Source of the DNA: Geosiphon pyriformis uo1
Taxonomy: Eukaryota > Fungi > Glomeromycota
Reading direction: 5' to 3'
Assembly (NCBI GenBank): GCA_016748015.1
Contig: JAAOMT010000595.1
Span: 4,282 to 68,281 of the forward strand
Length of the DNA stretch: 64,000 nt
The translations under genes were made by a program, and so were the position numbers. Below, piece by piece: positions 28,924 to 39,673 of the stretch. Within the stretch, counting starts at the first letter, position 1, and every line of letters starts with the position of its first letter. The notes under the pieces were generated by a model. That model did not search any database and was not told the DNA's origin. It saw nothing but the letters and a program-made list of their open reading frames with translations.

Positions 28924-31206
28924 TTAAAAAACTCTTCCCCCAGCCAGCTCCATAATTTTCCCATCATCTCGACGTCTCTCCAAGATTTCTCTCAATCTTT
29001 GAGCCAGTTCTCGTTTTTGCCCTGTGATACAGATTTTAGGATTGACTTCATAATGAAATGCTAATTGGATTTTGAGAGCTGCTAGCGATAATAAAGTCAC
29101 GCGCCTGGGATCAATGATGAAGGGAACACTCTGTTTATGATCTATAGGGTGTTTGGAATTTTTTGTCATACGCGGATCAATACAGTAAAGAAGATGCCTT
29201 TGATTCAAATAATTGCGGCAGTCTTCAGGAATGGTGAGTTGCATTAAAGACTTGCTTCTGCTCTCGTTAACGAAAGTACGAAGGCCATCCATTGTTATGC
29301 TAGTTCCATCTAAAGCCAATATTTCAAGTTCTCCAAAAAAGCGAAGGTTGGCGAATGCATAATCAGTAACGCGTCTGTTGTCTGTTAGAGTCAAAGTGTT
29401 TAAACTGCTCTTGAGGGCAACTAAATGGGCAATCCCTTCATCGCCTATGAGGGTGTTGTCAAGGTACAGTTGTTCCAAGGATTCAAGCGAGCGCAAATTT
29501 ATCAAATAAGAATCGGAAATTGAAATATTCGACAATCGCAAAGAGTTTATGGACTTGAAGCTGTTTGGCTGAGATAATATCGAGAGCATGGCAGCCGCTT
29601 TTTGTTTTTTACGATTATCAAGATCAATAGTTATGTCTTTCTCGGGGTTTTCTGAATGAAGTTTTTGTTCAATTTCTTTGCTGGCCCTTTCAAATGTGTT
29701 TGTAAGGTTCACAGAAGTCACAAATTGAGCAGCACGGAATTCTGGAAGAGTATATTGATCGAGATAACCTAAAGAAAATAAATACAGCGTGATAATTGAT
29801 GTTAGGAATGGGAATTAGTTATATTTTAAGAGAATGGAAAATCAAGAGACAAGAGTATTACCATTCTTTTCTAACCACAAATAGATCATTTCTATGCTTT
29901 CGGGTAATCCAGTTTCTTCATCGCCTTCCTCCATTAATAACGCAGCTGTTACATTATTTGATTTGTACTTTGCAACTTTACTCATTAGTTTTCTAATTGA
30001 ATGTGGTTCATCAGTGTAAGCTGGTCCATGAAATAATTGTCTATAATGCAAAGCGGCATCTATATAAAAGTGGTAAAAGTCAAATTTACGACCTCTATTA
30101 AAAAGGAATTGTTAACAACATTGTGGTTTTCCTATGGAAATCTTATTCTTACATTTAGCTTGTTGTGCATCTTTTTCTAATTGACGGGCCTTTTTTTGGT
30201 AATAATCAACTTCATCAGACACTCTCATCCTTTTGGAAGGAGTGGATCTTGTGGTGACTAGGGGAATAAACGGAACGATAGTACCTTTTACTGTGGGTGG
30301 AGTTGTTGGTGTACAATTAAGTTTCTCAGCCTTAGGGGTCGTTTCTGAAGAGGCGTCTTGAATGGTATCAGATATCAAGGCTATAGGAGTTTCAGGATCT
30401 TTTAAAATGTCTGGAATGTCTTCTATTTTAATTTCCGCTGATTGCTTAAGGTCGGCTGAGAAGGGTGACATTTCTTGAATGTAAGATGAATTGGATGATT
30501 GTCGTTTTGAATCTTGGGTTTTATCGATCTCATAAATGGTGGAAAAGAGAGTATTGCCCTTGTCCAACATTGGTGTTCGACCTTTAGATGGGATCTCCTT
30601 TTTTTTTGAAGGTGTATTAGGACTAGCCGGTTTTGATTTGCGTGGTGTGCAATCTTTCGAAGGAGAATGAAGACTAAAAATCGGATTAAAATCTTTAATA
30701 TTTTCATTATCATACGCAATTGAATTAACAGATTTTTGATTTTTGTGTGGGGCCTTGTGAGGCTGCAAAATAAATTGTTCCGAGTCTGGTGAAATGTTTT
30801 CCTCATTTCCTTCGAACTCCATCTTCTCTTTTACAGTTAGATGTTTCTCTTTTTTCATGATCATAGTGCTCATTTTATTGTCTAATTGTTGATTTTCTTG
30901 GAAAAACATTTTTTCCTCAAGTGCAACCTCTTTTTGGCTTCTTCGTTGACCAGGTTTACGTATTTTGGTTTTCAACACTTCAGCATTACCAAGCGTAACT
31001 CTTCGTTGGCCTTTACGTCTAGACTCAGAATTAGCTTCAAGGTTTTCTTCATTGTTTTCCAAGGAGTCAGTCAGATAAGGGATCATATTGGATGGACGGA
31101 TCATTGCTGGACGTCCAGTTCGCTCTAAATCAACATTCGAGTTCGTTAAGAGCGGACGTAGTTCATATCCGTCTAGTTGTTGAGGAGTCACAATGTTAGA
31201 ATCCAT
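28924..31206 (-). CDS. Hypothetical protein with disordered N-terminus and RNI-like leucine-rich repeats (3 coding exons)
   Basis: ORFs 30112-31206, 29842-30051 and 28924-29721 can be joined by GT-AG introns. LRRs: LEQLYLDNTLIGDEGIAHL, LNTLTLTDNRRVTD, LEILALDGTSITMDGL. Confidence 0.8.
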
Positions 31207-31328
31207 TATAATAGGTAGTAAGATAACTTCTATAATTTGATTCCTCGCAAAGTAACCTATAAAACAAAAGGATGAGTATTAAAGAAAAAAAGGGAATTTG
31301 AGTGTTTAGTTGATCTTTATATTCATTT

Positions 31329-31378
31329 ACGCGTTTTAAAGTTTTTGTTGTTTATAATTGGGAGAAAATCAGACGCGT
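31329..31378. promoter_or_regulatory. Two ACGCGT (MCB-like) sites in the divergent LRR/ARO7 intergenic region
   Basis: ACGCGT at 31329-31334 and 31373-31378 in an AT-rich spacer. Function is inferred only. Confidence 0.35.
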
Positions 31379-31473
31379 AATTAGCAATTACTAAATTTGG
31401 GATAGCCATTCAACACAAAGTGATGAGATTTTCATAAATCAAAGATCGCCTGTATCTCGCTTGGAGCAAAGAA

Positions 31474-32583
31474 ATGAATTTTGTAGGGCAATCCAATGAT
31501 GCGCTTTCTCTAGAAAAACTTCGTGATACGCTTATTCGATTAGAAGACACCATTATATTTGGTGAGCTTTCAATTAATTTGAAATTTGGTGTCATTTTAA
31601 ATAAATTTCTAACGTCTTATATTTGACTTTGGTGTGAAGCCCTGATTGAAAGAGCTCAATTTGCCCACAATGAAGCAATTTACAAACCTGGGATTTACAA
31701 ATATAAAGGAAGTGATGATTTCAATGGAAGTTTCTTGGAATTTTTCTTGGGTGAAGTAGAAAGAGTGCATGGTATGTATGTGCATCAAAGAAACATCACA
31801 ATAATTTTGATCGAGATTTTTTCATTTCTTCTTGATTAGCAAAAGTAAGGCGCTATCAGAGGTAGATCTTGATCTTATCAACTATCAAATGACTTTTATG
31901 ATTCAATGATTACTTTCTAATAAAGCATCCTTCTTTCTCAAATAGCCCTGATGAATATCCATTTACAAGTCCCCTTCCAGAACCTATCATTCCTCCTTTG
32001 GAATATCCTCAACATCTCAAACCTAACAATATTAATGTCAATCCGAAAGTCATTCAATTTTATCTGGAGCACATTGTGCCCTCAATTTGTCCCAAGGGAG
32101 ATGATCAAAATTATGGATCAGCAGCTACCAGAGATGTTGATTGTCTCCAGGCTTTATCCAAAAGAATTCATTATGGTAAACCGAAAATTCTCATATCTTT
32201 TTTTTTTACTAACTAAAACCAAGAACTTGGTTAAATACATCTTTTGAATTCAATTAGGGAAATTTGTCGCCGAAGCCAAATTTCTTGACCCAGTATTACA
32301 GCCAAAATATATCAAAGCTATTCACTATGGTGATATTGAGGCCATTAAGGCTCTCCTGATCAATAAAAAAGTCGAGGATTCTTTGTTAAAACGTCTTAGA
32401 CAAAAAGCGTTAACCTATGGACAAGATATTACAGAGATTGGTGCTCTAAACCTTGAAAATAGCCAATTATTAAAAGGATCAAAAATTAATGTCAACGTTG
32501 TCGTCGAGCTTTATGAAAAATGGGTGATCCCTTTGACGATAGCTGTTGAGGTGGAATATCTTTTGAACAGACTGGATGAATAA
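31474..32583 (+). CDS. ARO7: Chorismate mutase (eukaryotic AroQ type), 5 exons
   Basis: [27 protein letters not shown]...EVERVH/AKVRRYQ/SPDEYPF...[34 protein letters not shown]...[19 protein letters not shown]. Confidence 0.96.
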
Positions 32584-33641
32584 TTAATAGAGTTTCCAAA
32601 AGCTTTCATTTATCTTTGTATTTGCTTCTGTTCAAAATATTTTATAAATTATATTATTTAAATATTATATTGTATAATATAAGTTTATATAAAGCGTGTA
32701 AATTTTATAATTATTTTTAAATTCAAATATGTATATATATATACGGGTGGCTGCTCACATGTAGAAAATGCGTGAGCTTCTTCCACCATGTAATAATTCC
32801 TGTTGCATGCGCGTAAACAGTAGTTGGATCACACTTAGAGCATTTAAATAAAAAGATCTTGGTCATGTTAATTCCACTAACAGAAGTATTTTCAAAAAAT
32901 ATATTGTAAAAAGTTGTGTTACATTCAACTTTTTTCTTATTTAAAAATATAATAAAATAGAAAAAAATAGAACACAATTTTCCAAGTAATAAAAACAGTT
33001 TATAATGCTTTAATTCTGAATGGTTGAATTAGTTAAAAAATTGACATCTTTTATGTTCATTTGTTTAATTAAAAAATAAAAATTATTACAAATAAAAATT
33101 ACTGTATTTGCAATAATAAGTTAATAGATTAAAAAAAGTCTCAAATGTAAATATGACAATAAATTATAACAGTTTTTTGATTTTAATACTGGTTGTATAT
33201 AGACATAAAATATTATTGTTGTTTAATATATTAAAAAAAATCTTAAGCATAAGTATTATAAGTTATAATAATTATTTTTACAGTTTTTTCAATTTTAAAT
33301 ATTGATTAAAAAACTAGTTATACAAAATATAATTGAAATTTAAAAATATAAAAAAAATTTTTTAAAAATGTATTTTATAACAAAATATTTTAAATTTATA
33401 AAAACTTTTTATTAAATTTATAATATTTACTAAAAACACAAATTATATAATTTAAAATCAATCTCAAATAAAATTTTTACACAAACATAATTTTAAAAAT
33501 TTAATTAAATAAAAAAATTAAACTATTACAATAATTTAAAAACAAAAATGGATTATTTTTTTAAAAACAATAATTAAAAAAATAAAATTAATATTTTTGT
33601 AATTAATATTAATAAGTAAAAACAAAAAAAAATTAGTTACC

Positions 33642-35333
33642 AAAAATTAATAAAAAAAACTTTTAAATAATTAATAAAAATATTATAACAGAATAAAATC
33701 TAAGATAACAAATAGTAAAACCTGTAATAATCAGCCATATAATATAAAATCTATAATAGATTGATAAAACCTGTAATAGATTGAATAAATTGGATAAAAT
33801 CTGTAATAAATTAGTAAAATCTGCAATAAGATAAAAATTTATAAATTTTATAATTGTATTAAGTAAAATCTGTAATAAATAGACATTTTTTAAGAGCAAT
33901 GATCTCTTTTAAAAACAAATCCAATTAAAAATACTGTAAAGTTGACCAAACTAAGTGGCACAACTTTGAATAAAAAATTCAAATAAGTAATATTATTATT
34001 ATTAAGACAAATAAACTTAAAAATAGAGGTTTTTTTTTATTATATAGCAATTAGTTTTTAAAAACAATAATATTATTTAAGAGCAAATCCAATTAAAAAT
34101 ACTGTAAAGTTAATCAAACTAAGTAACACAATTTTAAATAAAAAATTCAAACAAATAATCTTATTATTATTAAAATATATAAGCTTAAAAATAGAAATTT
34201 ATTATTATTATATATAATAATCAGTTTTTATTGCAAAAACTTAAATCTTTCCATAAATAACAAAATCCATTATATAATCACTTTTGAAAAAAGAACATAA
34301 ATTTCTAATTATTATTACTTTTGTTTTATAAGTTTTTTGCAACCTATTATATTGATACCAACCAGAAATTTTAACATTTTTAAAATGAACATCAATAATA
34401 TAATGGATATTATTATAAAAAAAATTTTTATCAAACAATATTTATATTAATAAATTAATAAATAAATACAGTAAGTAATAAATTTAATTCAGATTTATTT
34501 TTGTTTTGTAATTTGATTTCTTTTAAAAAAATTGATTTTTTCTGGTAAATTTTTGTTCTAAAAATATGTTTTTTTATTAATAATATTAATTTTTGTAATA
34601 TTAATGACAAGAATCAAAGACAGTTATTGGTTAATTTGTTTTTTTGATATAGTATTACTTATTTTATAAATAAATATAAAGTTAATACTTTTTTATTTTA
34701 TATTTTATTAGAATATTCAAGATATTCTATGTATAACAAATTTAAATTTAAATTTTTGTTTGCATTTTTATTTACAAATATAATGGTTTTTATATTTCTT
34801 TTATGTATCTTAATATTCAATAAAATACTATTGTATAGAAGTATAATTCATATAAATAATAATCTTTTATCCACTTTTTATGTATACAGTTATGATTTAG
34901 AATTTTATAGCCATTATTAAAACTATTACTTTTTAAAAATATTATATTAGATATATATAAATCTAATACTAAGAGTACTTATATAAGTAGCACTTGTATA
35001 CATCAAATAGTTGGCAATAATAAACATTAAATAGTCTTTTTTGTATTAATAAAACTAGTAAACAAATCATAATCATCTATTAGTAATAATATTATAGTAG
35101 TAAAAATAATGTACTTTTATCTTTACATATTTTATATATTTTATTTTTTTACTTGATACAATTACGAGATTTACTGATTTTTACTCTATTGTTGATTATA
35201 CTAATTTATTTTATTTATTACAGATTTTATATTACATGACTAATTATCACAGGTTTTACTATTTGTTATTTTAGATTTTATCTTGTTATAATATTTTTAT
35301 TAATTATTTAAAAGTTTTTTTTATTAAATTTTT
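33642..35333. mobile_element. Non-autonomous TIR element (MITE/foldback-like), ~1.7 kb
   Basis: ~115-bp inverted repeats at 33642-33758 and 35217-35333. Subterminal ~20-bp taaaatctgtaata repeats at 33690-33880. Internal direct duplication with period 168 (33916 and 34084). Confidence 0.75.
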
Positions 35334-37396
35334 AATATTATTAAAATTAATTAAAAAATAATTTAACTTTAAAAAACAAATTAAATTGGTAAAAATTTAA
35401 TATATAAGATTAATTTTATAAATATCTTAATCATTATTTTTTTAAAAAAATAATAAAAAATTAAAAAAATAGTTTGTATTATTAACAAAAAATAATATAT
35501 TAATATAATTTTATATTTTATATTAACACTTTTAAATTTTAATATTAAATATTAATTGTATTTTTAATAAATATTTATTTAATAGTTTTTAAGATTAATA
35601 ATTATACAGATCAGAAAAAAATAAGATATGTAAATATTAACAAGTAATTTTTTATTTACAGATGTTTAAATACTTAAAAAATCAAAAAAATAATATAAAA
35701 TAATTAAATATTTAGAAGTAATTTTTATTTTTTTGATTTCTTACATGTTTTTTATAGCTAAAAAACTTATTGCTTATATAATTATTCAAAATTATTAATA
35801 ACTAAATTAATAATTATTATCTAAAAATAAAATAGTTAATTATATAATATTAATAATTAATATATATAATAATTAATAAAAATTATGATTTTTAATTGTA
35901 ATAATATAAATATTTATATTAATTATTATTATTTTGTTTTTAATTTTTTAATTTTACTTATATTTTTAAATAAATAGTTGTTTATTATTGGGTTAAGTTT
36001 TAGTTAAATTTAAATTTAACTTGAAAATTTTTCATTTTTAATAAATTAAATTAAGTTTAATAGCCTATAATTTAATCCAATTTATTATTTATTATGTATA
36101 GAAATTTTATTGATAAAATTTTTATTTCTATTAATAGATAATATTAAATTTATTTTATTTTATATTTTAGCTATTAAAAACTTATTAATAAACAAGTTAA
36201 ATAAATAACAATCAATTAATAAAAGCATATTTTTATAATTAAAAAATACTTATTTACAAAAATTATATTTAATTTTTTATTGTTAAATTGTTTATAAAAA
36301 TTCCAAATTCATGTTTTTTTCTTTTTTTTTAATTATAGTAACCATAGTATTTATTTTAGTATTACTATTAAACATATTGTTTTTAATATCAAATATATTA
36401 TTTTAATTATTTGTTATCTTTTAAGTTAAAAAAAACCAAATTAGAATTTAATTTATATATATATAGAACTTGATAAATTAAGTTAAATCATGAAATTTTA
36501 ACTCATATCAATTTTCAATCAACTTTTATGAGTCAAGTATCAAGTTAAAGAAAGTTAATTCAATTCTTTTAAAGATTTAACAAATTTATTTTTTATATCT
36601 TAAAATTTATTTTTAATTTTTAAATTAAAATTTGTTGTTATTACTGCTAAAAAAAGTTAAAAAAAGCAAAATTAAATTTTAAAATTAGATGTTTAACTGT
36701 TAATTAACTAAACAAATATCTATTATATAATAATTATAAAATAAGATAAATTTTTATAACAAGATTTTGAAAAATATGTAATAATTAAATATTATATTAA
36801 TATATATTAATTTATTTTAGAAAAAAATTTTCTAATAATTTAATTTTAAAAATATAAGATGTAGAAAATATTTTGATAAATAGAAATATTTTGACAAAAA
36901 TAATAATTTGTAATAGATTGTTAATAAAAATACTGTTTGTTTAAGTAAAAAAATGGTATAAATTCACGTGTTTTATTTTCGCACATTAATTTATTTTGCT
37001 AACTTTGCCATAATACTCCATTCACTAAAATACTTTTTTTTACAGTTTAGTATAAGTTTATTTAAGAGTATTTATTATAATGTTTTAAAATAATATCAAA
37101 AAATTAATAACAATATTTTATATGTATTAAAATTTTAAATTTAAGATTTTCAAATTACATTTCTATTATTTGTAAAATCAGAAAATTAATGATATATTAT
37201 AAGAATATAATAGATAAGTTGATTTAAACTGATTTTATATTTTTGCATTTTCTAAACCTTGTAAAAAATAATTTGAATTTGAAAAATAAAAAAATATATT
37301 AATTTATGCAAGTATACTAAGCATTAAAAATATTTGCTTAATAATGCTTATCAATAAAATGCTTATCAGTTTCAAAGTCGCCGCACTAACTTTTCT

Positions 37397-37500
37397 ACTA
37401 AGAAAGGTTACCTCTACGCCCATGTATCTGGTCAAAGCAAAAAGAGGATCCTAATCGACACAAAACCTCTCACCCGATTCCCGAGAGTTTTTCGCTACTG
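37397..37500 (+). pseudogene. tnpA: IS607-type serine recombinase TnpA remnant
   Basis: KGYLYAHVS, then a frameshift, then SKQKEDPNRH. This matches the resolvase catalytic motif YARVSSxKQKxDLxRQ. The rest is deleted. Confidence 0.7.
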
Positions 37501-37559
37501 AACGTAGGAACAAAAAGTGCAAGGGAAAGGCAATAGTAGCCCAGAAGACAGAAGGTATC

Positions 37560-39250
37560 CTCAACTGCACGTTACTAGTCAAGATTTATTTCAACCACCT
37601 TCAGAAGCAGCTGTTGAAACAATGAATGGGCTTGGCAAGATTTGCCTGCGCATGAACTTCTTGATGCGAAAAAAAGAATTTTTGTTGAAATGTAAATAGG
37701 AAATAAGTGGCGCGGCCGGATTTCGTTGAGCCACAAAACCAGTACTAGGGCTCAGGGGACTCTTCTTACCTGTGTTAAAGTCTTTTCGCTGACCTGATGG
37801 GATGAAAACTAGATGGAAATATTGTAGATATACCAGTTAAAAATATAACTAATTTCTCAAATCTTCTATGTTAGAGATCATATCCTGATTATCATGTAGC
37901 ATGAAATGGTGGAAGGAGTGTAAATCTGTCAGTGGACCTTCAGTTCACTTCCACCACATTACAGATAGTTCAGTAGTCGGGGTCAATCTTAGAGCCTGAA
38001 GGAAAAAGGAAAGAAAGGGCTAATACTGTAATGGGATGGAGCGAAAGACATCACATCATTATGTATCACGTAAAAGAATGAATAATACCTATGACATTTC
38101 AACAAAAAGTCTTCTTTTTGATGATGTTTCGGCTATCTGGGGTGAAAGAAAGATTTGCAGAGCCATCATCCGTCTTGGCACGCTCTTAAAGCTTATTTGG
38201 GCTCAGCTCCTTCCAAAGTCACAGACGAAGCGATTGGTTGCGCAGAAGGAAGTTATTAAACGTAATGCACAGTGACAACAAGATGCATCACATCATCTTT
38301 CTTTTCAATCTCGTAAGGCACTGCATCACACCATGACAATTCGTGCTCAGAATTTTGCCGAGTTACCTTGGATCCTTCTATATATCTTACCTTCACACTC
38401 CAACAATATATGCATATGCACATCGACACAAGGTAAGGATAATAAATTTTTACGTTTTTGTTGTTTTTTAAATTGTTTTATATGTCGTTCTTATCCCATT
38501 TTTTATTCTTTATTTTTAACGATAAACATGTACTATGGCCTCTCCAGTTCGAGAAAAAAAACGTAAAAATAGTGAGTGGCCCAATTCATCCAAGATCACA
38601 TCTGATGGCAAGTTCACTTATCGCAAAACTAATGAATTGAAGTTGCCTGGGTATACGAGACGCAAAAACAGCTCCGCGAAACCCAAGTGGATGGCTCTGT
38701 TCATGCAGTCTCCATAGATCGCGGAATTCGCACTCCCCAACAAAAGGTGTAGGCAAATTTATGGATGACCTTTGCTTAACGAAAGATAAATTAAATACCT
38801 CTTCAAAATGTAAGAAAGCTAAAGCCAGAAGATTAGAAAAGGCGATTAGGTGCATGCATCAAAAGATCTTAGACTTGCAGACAGAAATACACATAAAGGC
38901 TGTTGCATTTTTCCCTCGCAAATTTGATGTTATTGTCATTCTCCCTTTGAGGTATCGGACATGGTGAATCGAAAAACGAGAAAAATCACACGAAAAACAG
39001 AAAGATACTATGCTGGGGGCACTATCGATTTCGTCAACGTCTAATCACCAAGGTAGAAGTCCGAGTTATCCAAAATGAGGCCTATACCTCTAAAATTTGT
39101 AGCAGATGTAGAAATATTTAAAGAACGGTGGATCTGAGGTATACCACTGCCTGATTGTAAGCTTGTTATGGATAGATAAAAACTGCGCTCGGGGATCTTC
39201 CTCCGGGCTTTGCTTGATGTGGAACAGGAAATAACAGGCGTCACATAGCA
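37560..39250 (+). pseudogene. tnpB: Fanzor2/TnpB RNA-guided nuclease pseudogene
   Basis: N-term LVKIYFNHLQKQLLKQ*MGLARFA (37575-37646) and LSFQSRK (~38300). RuvC-I HAVSIDRGIRTP (38702-38737) and the helix RLEKAIRCMHQKILDLQTEIH. FDVIVI(P)PFEVSDMVNRKTRKI and WGHYRFRQRL. QNEAYTSKICSRC (39071-39109), a second CxxC, then MDR..NCARGIFLRALLD. Several frameshifts and stops. Confidence 0.9.
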
Positions 39251-39673
39251 ATGCTTAGTATTGCCTATTATTAATATAATCTCATGTGATTGGAACTCAG
39301 ACCACCTCAAATTGTAACTTGAAGCAGATGTAACCTTTGCGCCTGATGTGAAAATTAAAGCCTAACTAGAATTAAATTTCCTAAAAAACTTTGAAGCCGA
39401 AAAGGTGTTTTTATGCTTCGAATTTTGTAGCTAAATAATAAATGCCTAAAATTTCCAAATAAAAATTATCTATGTACTCACTTCTGGCTAGAGATTAAAA
39501 ATTATTGCAAAGAATTAATGACCGTCTTTGATTTTTGAACTTTCTATAATAGAAATAGATATATATTATATACTAATAATATATATATATATGATATACA
39601 AGAGTGGTTAGTATGTCTGACTAGCACATATATATAATGTCACTTTTGAAGTAGGATATTAATGCTTTTTCTT

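Larger units (their letters stand above)
37314..39270 (+). mobile_element. Degenerate IS607-family-like element (TnpA remnant plus Fanzor2/TnpB)
   Basis: Serine recombinase motif followed by TnpB-type domains in the expected order. TGCTTA-containing repeats at both ends. Confidence 0.85.

Noticed and set aside
37706-38180. Group II intron or group I IStron inside the IS607-like element (GTGGCGCGGCC start, GGTGAAAG near the end)
   Set aside because: No convincing domain V or P/Q/R/S elements by eye. It would need an Rfam cmscan hit.
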